Positions 9,015 through 19,320 are shown, numbered from the stretch's first letter. The stretch is 64,000 nt of DNA from Candidatus Undinarchaeota archaeon (GCA_964519305.1 CAZFHY010000002.1:64001-128000); one strand, 5' to 3'. The notes: generated from the sequence alone by a model not told the origin. Translations and numbers: made by a program.

Positions 9015-9656
9015 ATGAGGGCTATGCTATGTCCCACATGCGGCGTTGCGGATGTGAAGCCCTACGTTGCATTCGAATGTGGATTCCTTTACATGTGCGA
9101 GAACTGTGGTTACATAGGCCCCGTGGTCATTACAGTGGAACCTACGGATGCTGACACGTTCCTCAAGGATCCGGTGTTCGCCACCGAGGATTACGACTTC
9201 ACGCTCATTGATGTGATGCTCCTCCAGCAGCTGGCCAACGGGCAGGTTGCACGTGGGAAAGTGCTGGAAGGCCTCAGCCTCGCCAGCCGACATCTCGATG
9301 ATGCTCGTGAGAACCTCGCGAAGCTCGTGGGATTCGAGCTTATTGTCGAGAGCAAGAACGATGCGCTCAACCTCACAGATGCGGGTAAGGCAGCCCTTAA
9401 AGAACTGGAGGATAATTATAGCATTGATGAGGTCACCCCGCACGGTTTTGCTATAACCAAGGAGATCAAAGCAAAGCTTGCAGCCGTGTACCCTTCCCGG
9501 TTCACAGTCGAGGACATCTCGGAGGCAAGTTCGATTGATGAGATCGATGCCCAGCTCCTCATCCGCCATCTTGTGGAGCGCGAGCTCGTGCGCGAGGTGT
9601 CGGACCTGGGGATATTCGCCTTCACGGATAAGTTCGCAGAAGATATGGACCTTTAG
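9015..9656 (+). CDS. Zn-ribbon protein with probable winged-helix domains
   Basis: CPTCG...CENCGYIGP N-terminus and LNLTDAGK wing motif. Start inferred from TTAAAA about 25 nt upstream. Confidence 0.65.
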   Translation: MRAMLCPTCGVADVKPYVAFECGFLYMCENCGYIGPVVITVEPTDADTFLKDPVFATEDYDFTLIDVMLLQQLANGQVARGKVLEGLSLASRHLDDARENLAKLVGFELIVESKNDALNLTDAGKAALKELEDNYSIDEVTPHGFAITKEIKAKLAAVYPSRFTVEDISEASSIDEIDAQLLIRHLVERELVREVSDLGIFAFTDKFAEDMDL

Positions 9657-9772
9657 TGACGCCCTGTCACTATCACCACAAGTAATACTTGTCACTACAT
9701 CATAATGACAAGTTTTATATAGGAAGCGCGCCTAGTAATATACAGAGGATAATCGTCGGAAAAGCCAGGAGG

Positions 9773-10045
9773 ATGAGAGCGATGCAACCATACTACAGGT
9801 ATGCCTCGTATGCGCCTTCCTATAACTACCACCCCTATCGGCGCCCGGTCGACAATTCCCTCCGGCGCTCCGTTCTCCTGGCCACACTCTTCGTTGTCAT
9901 AAGTGGGATAATTAGCACATCGCTTGTTTCCTACGCGGCGACATTTTCCTGTATCGTGATCGCCTTCACGCAGGACCTTGAGCCGGTGGAGCACATGCTG
10001 TTCGGGATCCACCGGATGCCCCAGCGCTACAACCTTCGCTATTAG
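9773..10045 (+). CDS. Small membrane protein with Tyr/Pro-rich N-terminus
   Basis: YYRYASYAPSYNYHPY followed by a long hydrophobic stretch; TTTTATA upstream. Confidence 0.5.
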   Translation: MRAMQPYYRYASYAPSYNYHPYRRPVDNSLRRSVLLATLFVVISGIISTSLVSYAATFSCIVIAFTQDLEPVEHMLFGIHRMPQRYNLRY

Positions 10046-10104
10046 GGGAAGAGTCCGGCCAGCCGGGGATATATTTTAAAAACATCAGTACAATCTCCGC
10101 TCCG

Positions 10105-10683
10105 ATGGCAGCAACGAACGAGACTGATGATTACAATGAGCTTATGAACGCTTGGCTCTACAGATTGGGCCGGTACACGCTCATATTCCTGATCCTTGTG
10201 GTCCCTTACCTGTCGCTCCTGCGATACAACGGGTTCTTCGAGGACTACAACATCAATAATGCTCGCTACATGATCAGCTCGCTCATTCAGAGCGAAGCTG
10301 CAATGATCTCCATCCTCGTGGCAAGCAGCCTGATCGTCCTGAGGCTCTCCCCCCGGTCCATAGTGGCAAGCGAAGTAAGGAAGTTCCGTGAATCCCCGGA
10401 CCTGTGGATACTCATGGGCATCTACCTAGTAGCAATGGGCTACGGTCTTGTGACGCTGAACACACTTGGTATGGGATCCACGGAGGAGAACATAATCTCG
10501 AACTTCCAGATCGCATTCGTGCTCTATCTGGGCATCTTCGCCTTTGCATCGATCATCCCCTACGTCTGGAACCTTCTCAGCCTGATGGAGGGGGCCGCTT
10601 CGACCACTAAGGCCCCTGTCGCTGAAGAAGATGAAGGGGATGAGAAGAAGGAGAAGAAGGGAAAGGTCAAGAAGAAGAAATAA
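10105..10683 (+). CDS. Multi-pass membrane protein (possibly DUF2254-like)
   Basis: About four TM helices, ARYMISSLIQSEAA motif, Lys-rich tail. Confidence 0.65.
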   Translation: MAATNETDDYNELMNAWLYRLGRYTLIFLILVVPYLSLLRYNGFFEDYNINNARYMISSLIQSEAAMISILVASSLIVLRLSPRSIVASEVRKFRESPDLWILMGIYLVAMGYGLVTLNTLGMGSTEENIISNFQIAFVLYLGIFAFASIIPYVWNLLSLMEGAASTTKAPVAEEDEGDEKKEKKGKVKKKK

Positions 10684-10753
10684 GGTCTGATCCCGCACCC
10701 CAAAAGGTTTTTATACAACCTGGGTCGCCCAGAATAACAGGACAGGGTATAAG

Positions 10754-12229
10754 ATGTTGTGCAATGAGGCCGAGGAGCCATTTGCAGCACCGGTCGCAAA
10801 GGCCTATGATGCGTTCGTCGAGGCCTTCGACACCCGTGACGATTACGAGACCATCAACGGTATGCGGGAGTCGCTCGCCAAGTCGTACGATCCAGTGCGC
10901 AATGGTAACATCGTTCTTGCACTGAACAAGTACGACATATTCACCGATAAGGACCGGGGGACGAGCCACGGCTCCCCGTGGGACTACGATCGTCATATCC
11001 CTCTCATCTTGTACGGGAAGGGGGTGCAGAAGGGTGTGGAGATCGATGACGATGCCATCCAGCAGGACATAGTCCCCACCCTCGCCTACCGCATCGGGAC
11101 CGATGCCCCGGCCACCGCCGAAGGGCGGGTCCTGCATGAGGCCTTCGACACCCGTGATGGCGAGCGTCCGAAGGTGGCCGTTATGATGGTTCTCGACCAG
11201 GTGGCGTTCCGCTACCTGGAAGAATACAAATGGGCGCTTAGCAACGTGCGGAAGATCGCTAGGGACGGGGTATCGTATAATAACATGCGCGTGGCCCACC
11301 TCCCCACCATCACAACCGTTGGCCACAGTGCTCTGGGAACGGGCGCGTTCCCGGGGACCACCGGTATAGTCGGTCACAATATCTACGATCCCGACCTCGA
11401 CGCCATGGTGTACGCAATGGAGGGGGGAAGCCCTCAGTACCTGGAGGCCGAGACCCTCGCGGACGTGTACGATCAATCCGTGGGCAATCGCGCCCGCATC
11501 GTTAGCGTTGGTGGTGCTGACCGGACAGCGATCGGTATGGCGGGTCATGGTACCATGTCTGCGGGCGGGGACAGTGACGACGTGTTCTGGTTCGATCCGG
11601 ACACAGGTCGGTTCGAGACCAACGATGCCTTCTACTCAATGCCCGACTACCTGCGCGGTATGGACATCATGGACTATTCCACACCCACCTTCAAAGGTCA
11701 TACGGTGGACGATCCCGAGGTGGCCATGGCATCACCTGCCCTCCCCCTGATGATGGGGGACGCCCTAATAAATGTGCTCGAGAACGAGGACCTGGGCTCG
11801 TCGGACGTCACCGACCTAATGTTCGCTAACTTCAAGTCACCCGATTACGTAGGCCACGCCTACGGCCAGGGGCCGGAGCTCTTCCTTACACTGCTGGCAG
11901 TGGACCGCTCCATCGGACGGGTCAAGGAGAAACTGGATGAGCTCTATGGGGACGACTACATGCTCATTATCACCGCTGACCATGGTGCCGCCCCGAATCC
12001 AGAGCGCTCCGGTGGCCACCGCGTCAACCCCGACCAGTTCGTGGAACGAATCAACACCGAGTTCAACGGTGCTGTTCGGTTCAATGAACCTGCGGGAGGT
12101 CTCATGAACCTCTATGTGGACGAGGACGCCTTGGCCCTCCAGGGGAAGACCCTTGAGGATGTGAAGGATACCCTGGAGTCTTACGACGAGGTATTCCATG
12201 CCTTCACGAAGGACGAGATCCAATCCTGA
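10754..12229 (+). CDS. Alkaline phosphatase superfamily protein (PafA-like), circularly permuted
   Basis: VLDQ, PTITTVGH (Thr nucleophile), DYVGHAYG and TADHG motifs. The normally C-terminal HGSPWDYDRHIPL...DIVPTLA block is at the N-terminus. Confidence 0.88.
   Translation: MLCNEAEEPFAAPVAKAYDAFVEAFDTRDDYETINGMRESLAKSYDPVRNGNIVLALNKYDIFTDKDRGTSHGSPWDYDRHIPLILYGKGVQKGVEIDDDAIQQDIVPTLAYRIGTDAPATAEGRVLHEAFDTRDGERPKVAVMMVLDQVAFRYLEEYKWALSNVRKIARDGVSYNNMRVAHLPTITTVGHSALGTGAFPGTTGIVGHNIYDPDLDAMVYAMEGGSPQYLEAETLADVYDQSVGNRARIVSVGGADRTAIGMAGHGTMSAGGDSDDVFWFDPDTGRFETNDAFYSMPDYLRGMDIMDYSTPTFKGHTVDDPEVAMASPALPLMMGDALINVLENEDLGSSDVTDLMFANFKSPDYVGHAYGQGPELFLTLLAVDRSIGRVKEKLDELYGDDYMLIITADHGAAPNPERSGGHRVNPDQFVERINTEFNGAVRFNEPAGGLMNLYVDEDALALQGKTLEDVKDTLESYDEVFHAFTKDEIQS
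10820..11157 (+). repeat. Exact 20-bp direct repeat gaggccttcgacacccgtga (10820-10839 and 11138-11157)
   Basis: Read directly; encodes EAFDTRD twice. Confidence 0.9.
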
Positions 12230-12233
12230 GCAG

Positions 12234-12926
12234 CTACCTGTTCATAGCCTGGTTGTATGATCCGAAGTTGACACGGTCGTAGTAGTAGCAGCGTGAGGCC
12301 TCTGGGCCATAGAGCGGTTGTGTCTGGTACTGCTGCTGTTGCTGTCCCTGGCCATACATCCCCTGGGTCTGGCCATAACCAGCATATGCGGGAGGCTGGG
12401 CAGCTACGGCCGCATGTGCTCGTGAGGCCCGTAGGGTGAGGACCACGACCGCACCAAGAAAGATGACCGCCAGCCCTCCGGCGACGATCATCGCCTTCGA
12501 GCTGCCCTCATCGTCACCCTCGCCTGAGGTACCGGACGCATCCTGGCCGCAGTCCTTGACCGTGAGCGTGCTTGATTCACTGCTCTCCCGTCCCTCGACG
12601 CCCATGGAACCCGTGAGAGTGAACTCGTACGAGCCCGCCGGGGTTCCGTCAGCGATGCGGAACGAGACCATTTGCTTGGCCTGTTTGAACGCTCCCAGGT
12701 TGATGGAGAATGTCTCGTCCGTGGCGTATTTACCGGCATCGCCCAAGACCTTCACGGTGAACATGACGTTGTCATCGATGAGGTTGCGGAATGTCGCTTC
12801 CGCTTCCACGATGTCCATTGGGCACCCGGGCGGTGGCTCGGTGATGGTCAGTTCGAGCACATCAACTGCGACCGCGCTCATGACCAAGATGAAGATGAGG
12901 GCAACAGCGCAACGCATAGGATTCAC
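12234..12926 (-). CDS. Single-pass surface protein: signal peptide, Ig-like domain, TM helix, Q/Y/G-rich tail
   Basis: N-terminal hydrophobic signal, TPAGSYEFTLTG Ig-like strand, TM near residues 146-165, tail YAGYGQTQGMYGQGQQQQQYQ. Confidence 0.7.
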   Translation of the reverse strand: MNPMRCAVALIFILVMSAVAVDVLELTITEPPPGCPMDIVEAEATFRNLIDDNVMFTVKVLGDAGKYATDETFSINLGAFKQAKQMVSFRIADGTPAGSYEFTLTGSMGVEGRESSESSTLTVKDCGQDASGTSGEGDDEGSSKAMIVAGGLAVIFLGAVVVLTLRASRAHAAVAAQPPAYAGYGQTQGMYGQGQQQQQYQTQPLYGPEASRCYYYDRVNFGSYNQAMNR

Positions 12927-13915
12927 TTTTCCGTGTTCAGGATGATGCGGTTCACCTTACCGATATGCTCTTTCTGGATAATGTTCCTAGCTTCGAGGGC
13001 AGTGATGGTACGTGATATCTTGGATTTCGAGTAGTCGAGTTCGCGGGTGAGGTCGGATTGCATCATGGTGCCGCCCGCTCGCACGACCGCTCGGACCACG
13101 TCACCTTCCTCCTCGCTGAGAGAGGGGAACAGTTCGAAGATATTGCCTTCCATTGTCTCGGTGCGTGGGGCCATGAAGAATCGCTTGACCACGTAACCTA
13201 TGGTAAAACCGAACATGAAGATGACCACCAGGGTCTGTATCGTATACCCGTTCTCCGTCACGGGCGGGCAATTACCTCTGATTACGGGTTTCTCGAAGGC
13301 CACCGAGAACTCGAGAGTGGTCCGCGGATCGAGGTTGCGGCGCGTCCAGGCCATGATGAGCGTACGTCCGTCGGTCTCTACCGACCCCTCAGGGTACATG
13401 AGCGAGGTCCCCTGGCCGGCCCGGTCGAGTGAGGCGGGGAGTACATAGCCCGGGGGCAGTCGTACACGGAGGCGAAAGTCCTCGATAGGGCGATGGGGTC
13501 TGAGGCGCATGGAGAATGTGTAGGTGGAGTTAACGCGCTTCACTGGTCCGCCCTTGTTAGCCTCCATGTCGAACTCAAGGTTCAGGGTGCGTCGCTCGGT
13601 CGGCTTGATGGGTGTCGTGAGGTTGATGGCCGCTACCCAGACCCCGGCCTCACGCACGAGCTTCCAATCTAGTGGTTGCATCGCGTCACGTACCTCGAAG
13701 TTACGGGCTTCGAATCCGAGGGGGAACGGTACCATGTGGATTGGATCCGTGCCCCAGTTCCATATAGTGGCGGTTACGACCTCGTGCACGTTCCCATTGG
13801 GCTCCACATACAGTTCCATGGCGTAGGTCTTGAACTTGAAGTCGTCGGCCACTCCCAGTCCGATGAGCGTGATGAGGGCGCAAAACAGGAGAATGGCCGT
13901 CCTACCTCTTCCCAT
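12923..13915 (-). CDS. Membrane-anchored HTH protein (COG2512-like): extracellular beta domain, TM, C-terminal wHTH
   Basis: LSEEEGDVV...GGTMMQSDL...YSKSKISR....LEARNII.KE..GKVNRIIL C-terminus. Confidence 0.8.
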   Translation of the reverse strand: MGRGRTAILLFCALITLIGLGVADDFKFKTYAMELYVEPNGNVHEVVTATIWNWGTDPIHMVPFPLGFEARNFEVRDAMQPLDWKLVREAGVWVAAINLTTPIKPTERRTLNLEFDMEANKGGPVKRVNSTYTFSMRLRPHRPIEDFRLRVRLPPGYVLPASLDRAGQGTSLMYPEGSVETDGRTLIMAWTRRNLDPRTTLEFSVAFEKPVIRGNCPPVTENGYTIQTLVVIFMFGFTIGYVVKRFFMAPRTETMEGNIFELFPSLSEEEGDVVRAVVRAGGTMMQSDLTRELDYSKSKISRTITALEARNIIQKEHIGKVNRIILNTEK

Positions 13916-13954
13916 TGCTCCCTATACGCACTGTATCCTATTTAAAAGCTGGCG

Positions 13955-15802
13955 TCAGCAGCGGTCGCAGCGCTCCACATTGTCCACGAGTACTGTGGCA
14001 CCATCCTTCATTACGGGCGTCACCGGTTTCATCACGATCTGGTGTTCGTTCTCGCCAGGTCGGACGAGCACGCGTTCGGTTGATGGGACAACGCGGTACC
14101 CTACGTTCCCGACATCATCCATTGATGGGACCGCGGCGAGTATGTACCATCCGGAGCGGATATGGGGGAAAGAGTATTCGCCCTTCTCGTCGACGACGGC
14201 CGTGTAGCTCAGACCCGGTTCATCAAGCGATGCTATGTGAATGGATATGTACCGCTCGGGCGAACCTCTAACGAACGATAGACGGGCGTTCCCCCTGTCG
14301 AGGATCATGTTCTTGCACCCGGTCGCTGAGCGGGTATTGCACAAAACAGCCGAACGCTTGAGCACCTCGCCTTTGAGGTTAGCCGCCGCAGTGAGGCGCA
14401 CTGTGACATTATTGACAACGTGCTCGCGCAGCTCGATAAGACGGGTGGATAGGAAATACGTATCCGTGTCCGTAGGTGTGGCCGAGAGACGGACATTGCC
14501 GCAGGGGACGTTCTCCACGACCGTCTCGTGGAACGAGCTAGGGAACGAGTGGATGATGGACATGTCGCAAACGTCCATGTACGCTCCGTCAATGATAGGG
14601 GTATCATCGGCCGCACCCAGTACCGTGAGTTTCATCGTGCAGGCGCCCAGACATTCCTCGCTAATGTCAGCTGCAGTCGAGCGGTATATCTGGTTCTCCC
14701 TTACCTCCCCCATGTACAAGACGTTGAATTTGAGGCCCGCCGCCGCAGACACTTCCTGGCCCAGGAGGACCTTGGATGTCTTGCGAAGGTCGACCACCGA
14801 TACTAGGGTGGGCATGGTGAAGTTGTACCACGCCTGCCAGCTACGTATGCAAGGATAGGTACGTCGAGCGACCCATTTATGGATGAGGTCGCGGTTACCA
14901 AAATAATCAACGAAGGTAAGATCTATCTGTGGGCGGACGGGTGACATGCGCCAAAGCACCTCCGCCTCCCGCCCGGTCAGGGTCTCATTGGTGCGGAGAC
15001 GGACGAGGGTCTGGGATATTGCCAGCTTGAGGTCCTCCTCCATAGGGGCGATGAGGTTGCGCTTATGCACGAACTCCTCTCTACAGGTGATCTCAGGGAG
15101 ACCTTCTGGTATCGGGAACCGGGGATCCTGACGCATGAAGTAGATGAAGTGTCGCTCGACGCTCTCGTTCCGGGCCATGAGACCTATCGCCTGCTCTGTG
15201 ATATCACGAAGGAACTTCAGGCGCAGCTCGAGCACCACCGACGGTGTATAGGTCTGTGTCTGGGGTCCAGTGCGGCCATCATGGGTGAGCACGACCGTGG
15301 CCGAGGCACCGACGTATGTGTCGCCGAGCTCGGCCTGTACCCTGACGTCCTTGGTGCGGAGGTGGACCGCTGCATACTCAGGCCGCTTCTCCAGCTCTTC
15401 GAGCCGCTCACGGAGCCGGCTGTCGATCTCATCCTCGAGCATAGAGCGCATAAGTTCGGTCGAAGGGATCTGTACTACACGTCCTCCGTGGAACCAGTAC
15501 GGGATCTGCTCGAACGAGACGGGCGGCACCAGCTCTCGGCGGTATCCTCCATGGGATGCGACTTCCTCGGTCGCCTCGTAAGTTGCCTCCTTCAGGGCAC
15601 TGGCCACGATCTCGTTGAGCTTTACCGCGGTGAACCGCTCCTCTTCTCCCTCCCGATTGTCCGAACGGCGCTTGTCATCAGCGCTCTGTCGTGCGTACGA
15701 ACCCGCGATGATGACCACGATTATGAGGGAGAACGCCATGAGCGCCAGCATGACGAACGCACCGCTCCCGCGATGCTGCTGTACGAGCGTCCTACTCCTC
15801 AA
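13955..15802 (-). CDS. Large surface protein with pilin-like N-terminal anchor (module protein B1)
   Basis: HRG/SGAFVMLALMAFSLIIVVII N-terminus, SHGGY...IPYWF.GG....PS motif, C-terminal GEYSF..I.SGWY beta-sandwich. Paralog of 42006-43814. Confidence 0.75.
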   Translation of the reverse strand: MRSRTLVQQHRGSGAFVMLALMAFSLIIVVIIAGSYARQSADDKRRSDNREGEEERFTAVKLNEIVASALKEATYEATEEVASHGGYRRELVPPVSFEQIPYWFHGGRVVQIPSTELMRSMLEDEIDSRLRERLEELEKRPEYAAVHLRTKDVRVQAELGDTYVGASATVVLTHDGRTGPQTQTYTPSVVLELRLKFLRDITEQAIGLMARNESVERHFIYFMRQDPRFPIPEGLPEITCREEFVHKRNLIAPMEEDLKLAISQTLVRLRTNETLTGREAEVLWRMSPVRPQIDLTFVDYFGNRDLIHKWVARRTYPCIRSWQAWYNFTMPTLVSVVDLRKTSKVLLGQEVSAAAGLKFNVLYMGEVRENQIYRSTAADISEECLGACTMKLTVLGAADDTPIIDGAYMDVCDMSIIHSFPSSFHETVVENVPCGNVRLSATPTDTDTYFLSTRLIELREHVVNNVTVRLTAAANLKGEVLKRSAVLCNTRSATGCKNMILDRGNARLSFVRGSPERYISIHIASLDEPGLSYTAVVDEKGEYSFPHIRSGWYILAAVPSMDDVGNVGYRVVPSTERVLVRPGENEHQIVMKPVTPVMKDGATVLVDNVERCDRC

Positions 15803-18800
15803 TGTTCATCACCACACTCTTGGACGAGAGCACTAGCGACCGACCTTCCACTGGTGCCTCGATGTACACAGCGACTGCGTAGGAACCGGGCGCGAGAGCG
15901 TTGTCGAGGGTACAGGTCAAATGTCGTACCTCATTGGGCGCGATAGAAGCCACGTCGTACCTCTGGACAAGGATAGGTCGTTCAGCGAATCCCTTGGCGA
16001 TCTTCAATACCAGCTGTGCTTGAGGGGGCCACATACTCTCACCCGTATTGCGCACCGAGACGCTCAGATGGTCAAGTGTCCTCTCTTCGATGATGATGTT
16101 CCCGTAGGAACCCTCGTCACTGGTGACCTCACATGTGTCAAAGAGGTACCCGCCGGGATTCTGACGCACGAACAGGTGGGTCTCCGCGCTCGAGAATTCC
16201 TTTCCGGTCACAGCTATGCGCACCTTTAGGAGCTTGGGGAGGAAGATGACGGGGCCACAGAACCGCACGCTGCGTACGAACACCTGGATGCCCTGAGGTG
16301 TGTTCACGAGGTTCATCTCATCGTACGGGATTGTGGTCGTATTGACGCCTTCACCGTAGTCGTTGGTGATCGTAATGTAGAGGTTACGGAAGTCCTCGTT
16401 GCTGAATCCGCGGAGGGCAAGAGTGAGAGTGAAGTCGAATCCTAGAACGCTCTCTGCCTGGAACACGTAGTCGGCGGGCTCCACGGAGACTATGTCGATG
16501 GTCGTAGGCGCCACCTCGTGCAGCTCTACGGGTGGTGCTGTGAGGTTGATGCCTTGACCGAGATGGGATACGTTCACCTCAAGGGCCGCGTAAGGACCCA
16601 TCTCCTCGGGATGTGGGGATCGGAAGATGACGAGCATGTCCCACAGGCCCCTGATGTCGTCGTACTCGGCGGAGTTGACAATCATCTCCTCTCCACCAAG
16701 ATATGCACGAAACGCGTCCTTCGGGAAGGATGTGACAAGGTTACCCCGGTCCGAGAGACGCAATAGGATATGCTTACGTATGCCGAAGTGGATGTCCGTG
16801 TGCTCGAATGTCGTGGGCGCGGCCACTACTCGTCCGTTCAGGTCCCCGGCGTGTCGGGGGTACCACACCTCGATGGTGCGCGCCATTGACCAGACCTCCC
16901 CGTGATAGAACACCTTGATGTAAACACGATAGAAACCGGGTTCGGGATTTGCTTGGATGGGGAACCTGAAGCGCCACCTCCCACTGCCCAAATACTCCGA
17001 AGGTCGTACTTTGGGGAGGCGCTCCCGTCCAACGGTGAACTGGGCATGGAGGTCCCGGGTGAGCTCGTCGGAGAGGTCGACCTGGCGATAGCCCAACTTC
17101 AAGACAAGGTCGAAGGTGACACCCTCAGCAAGGTCCTCCCGGCGTACAGTGAGCGGGGTCAGTCCCTCCACTTTAGCCGTCAGCGTCGGCTCTATACACC
17201 CGTTGAGTGTGCACAGCTGGCTAAAAGCGCAAGTATCCAATGTGTTGGACGTGTCGTCAAGACATGAACACGTCCTTTTTGCACACGTCTCTCCGTCGAA
17301 CGCACAAGCATATGATACAAGACCGGCGCGGATGGAGCATCCGCCCTCGGTAAGGTCGAAGCCCACGTCCCTACCACCCTGACAGCCGTCCTCGGTGCAG
17401 AGGGCCTCCATCTTGCACACGAACACCTCGCGTCGGTTGGCACACAAGCAGGAAGGGAGCTCATCGGGCCCCGGTCTGCACCGCATCCCCTCGTTCAGGC
17501 AGGGCATGGCGAGGTCCGGGCCCACAATGAACTGTCCATTTTGGCAGATACCGAAAAGGCGGTTATCGGGTTCGATGTCGTGGATGATGACCGATTGGCT
17601 ACGAGTCGCCACCGTGCGACCCCCTTGGACGACCCGGATACGGAGCGTGTACTCGCCCCTGCGGGCACCAGCAGGCACCTCGAGGAAGAAGCCGGCACAT
17701 TGCTGAGGCTCGTTGTGGGCCGCAACCATCGAGCCCACAGCGTCCAGTAGGGTGGCGTAGCACATAGCGTTCGACAGATGCGAGAGCGTGATGGAGATTG
17801 TCTCACCGGCCATGAACTCCCGCTTGGCGGTGAAGTTGCCCTCGAGCTCTCGTGTTTTGGAGGTGATCACCTGGAACACACGGGAGAGAGAGTTGCGCTC
17901 TGGGCCGCTCACTCCTTCGGCCTTGAAGACATAGGTCCCGTCATCGAGCTGAGTGGTGTCGACGGGCACCTCTGCATCGCACCCCACAGCGCTGTCGAAC
18001 ACGGCCTCCCCCCGGGCGTCTACCAGTCTCACTGTGCAGCTCGCATCCAGCTTGCGGCTCTGCAGCCGGGCCGTAGTGGTCTCGCCACGGTACACGATAC
18101 GTGAAGGTCTGCTCACCGTTGTCTGGAATGAGATGAACTGCTGGGGTGGAGTGGTTACTGCGAAGGTGAAGCTCTTGTGGGCGACATGAAGGGTTTCCTC
18201 CACGCTAACAGCGAATGTCTCAATCGTGTAATCAGAGGCGACCGGCCACGGTCCCACGTGAACATATGTGGGGGCACAGTTGGGCGATACCTGGGTGAAG
18301 TACACGGCCCGTCCACGTCGGACGTAAGTAAGGCACAGGGTCGGTTTGACCTCAGTGGCCTCGTCGATGTTGAACTCCAGACCTACCGCGGAACGTTGTG
18401 TGGCCGCTGGTGTCGAGAGCATAGGATTGAAGCTGATTCCTTGGATGTCAGCGAACACGCCAACGTTGAGGGTGACGCCCTGGCCTGATACACCGCTCTT
18501 TCTAAACCGCTGGGCAGGGGGGATGAGCACGTTCTCTTCCCAGGTGATCCCTATGTTCTCAAAGAGGTCGAGATAGAGTGGTGTGTACGATACATGGAAC
18601 GAGACCTCACCTGTCGGTGCAAGGTCCTTGAGCACGATGAAACGCGAGATGTCGTCGATGAACACGTGTACATAGAGCTTCTCGTGTTCGAAGGATACGA
18701 AGCAGAAGCTCAGCGCATAGTCCTTGAAAAGTGACCTGCAGACGTACTCTCGTAGTTTCTCCTCCTCTGTTGAGAACAGTGATGCGACCTCGTCCGGTTC

Positions 18801-18947
18801 GAGCGCCATGGTGAAGGAGATATCGGCCCGGCGCATCTCAAGAAGATTGGTCGTGCCCGATACGGTAGCAGATGTGGCCGCCCTGCTCGTAAGTAAGACT
18901 ATCAGTAGAATGAGCGGTAGCGCACGGCCGACCAAGCTCATGCTCAT
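15792..18947 (-). CDS. Large secreted Ig-like/Cys-repeat protein (module protein A1)
   Basis: Sec signal, serial beta-sandwich units (DGTYVF, GEYTL, PGFY, PGSY), central tandem Cys repeats, CARDB-like end. Paralog of 43814-46531. Confidence 0.75.
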   Translation of the reverse strand: MSMSLVGRALPLILLIVLLTSRAATSATVSGTTNLLEMRRADISFTMALEPDEVASLFSTEEEKLREYVCRSLFKDYALSFCFVSFEHEKLYVHVFIDDISRFIVLKDLAPTGEVSFHVSYTPLYLDLFENIGITWEENVLIPPAQRFRKSGVSGQGVTLNVGVFADIQGISFNPMLSTPAATQRSAVGLEFNIDEATEVKPTLCLTYVRRGRAVYFTQVSPNCAPTYVHVGPWPVASDYTIETFAVSVEETLHVAHKSFTFAVTTPPQQFISFQTTVSRPSRIVYRGETTTARLQSRKLDASCTVRLVDARGEAVFDSAVGCDAEVPVDTTQLDDGTYVFKAEGVSGPERNSLSRVFQVITSKTRELEGNFTAKREFMAGETISITLSHLSNAMCYATLLDAVGSMVAAHNEPQQCAGFFLEVPAGARRGEYTLRIRVVQGGRTVATRSQSVIIHDIEPDNRLFGICQNGQFIVGPDLAMPCLNEGMRCRPGPDELPSCLCANRREVFVCKMEALCTEDGCQGGRDVGFDLTEGGCSIRAGLVSYACAFDGETCAKRTCSCLDDTSNTLDTCAFSQLCTLNGCIEPTLTAKVEGLTPLTVRREDLAEGVTFDLVLKLGYRQVDLSDELTRDLHAQFTVGRERLPKVRPSEYLGSGRWRFRFPIQANPEPGFYRVYIKVFYHGEVWSMARTIEVWYPRHAGDLNGRVVAAPTTFEHTDIHFGIRKHILLRLSDRGNLVTSFPKDAFRAYLGGEEMIVNSAEYDDIRGLWDMLVIFRSPHPEEMGPYAALEVNVSHLGQGINLTAPPVELHEVAPTTIDIVSVEPADYVFQAESVLGFDFTLTLALRGFSNEDFRNLYITITNDYGEGVNTTTIPYDEMNLVNTPQGIQVFVRSVRFCGPVIFLPKLLKVRIAVTGKEFSSAETHLFVRQNPGGYLFDTCEVTSDEGSYGNIIIEERTLDHLSVSVRNTGESMWPPQAQLVLKIAKGFAERPILVQRYDVASIAPNEVRHLTCTLDNALAPGSYAVAVYIEAPVEGRSLVLSSKSVVMNIEE

Positions 18948-18996
18948 GCCAAAGGCTCAGCCGTGAAAGCTTATATGTTGTTTGGCGAGGGCTTTC

Positions 18997-19320
18997 TCAC
19001 GCCTGGAGGTCCACGTTCTCCGGGAGCATGAGGAGCCATGCACCGTCGAGACCTAGCATCCTGCCGCCGCGGTCGAGACAGGCCTGTCTCAGTCCCTTGA
19101 GCGCATTGCCCAAGTTCATTGAATCGGAGGAGATAGGTTCCCCAAGACGGATCATACAGATCTTGTCATCATTGAACGCACGCAGGACATTGTGCACATG
19201 TGGATACTCGCTCAGGTCGCACACTACAATGGAGTGTCGCATCTGGGGATCGGGGCACATCTCGTCCGCGTCGAGCACGGGCATCGCTTCGATGGGTGAT
19301 TCCTCTCGGCCGAAGAACAT
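18997..19320 (-). CDS. sepF: Cell division protein SepF-like (archaeal type)
   Basis: Size and pattern DLSEYPHVHNVL...ICMIRL...RGGRMLGLDGAWLLMLPENV resemble archaeal SepF. Confidence 0.7.
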   Translation of the reverse strand: MFFGREESPIEAMPVLDADEMCPDPQMRHSIVVCDLSEYPHVHNVLRAFNDDKICMIRLGEPISSDSMNLGNALKGLRQACLDRGGRMLGLDGAWLLMLPENVDLQA

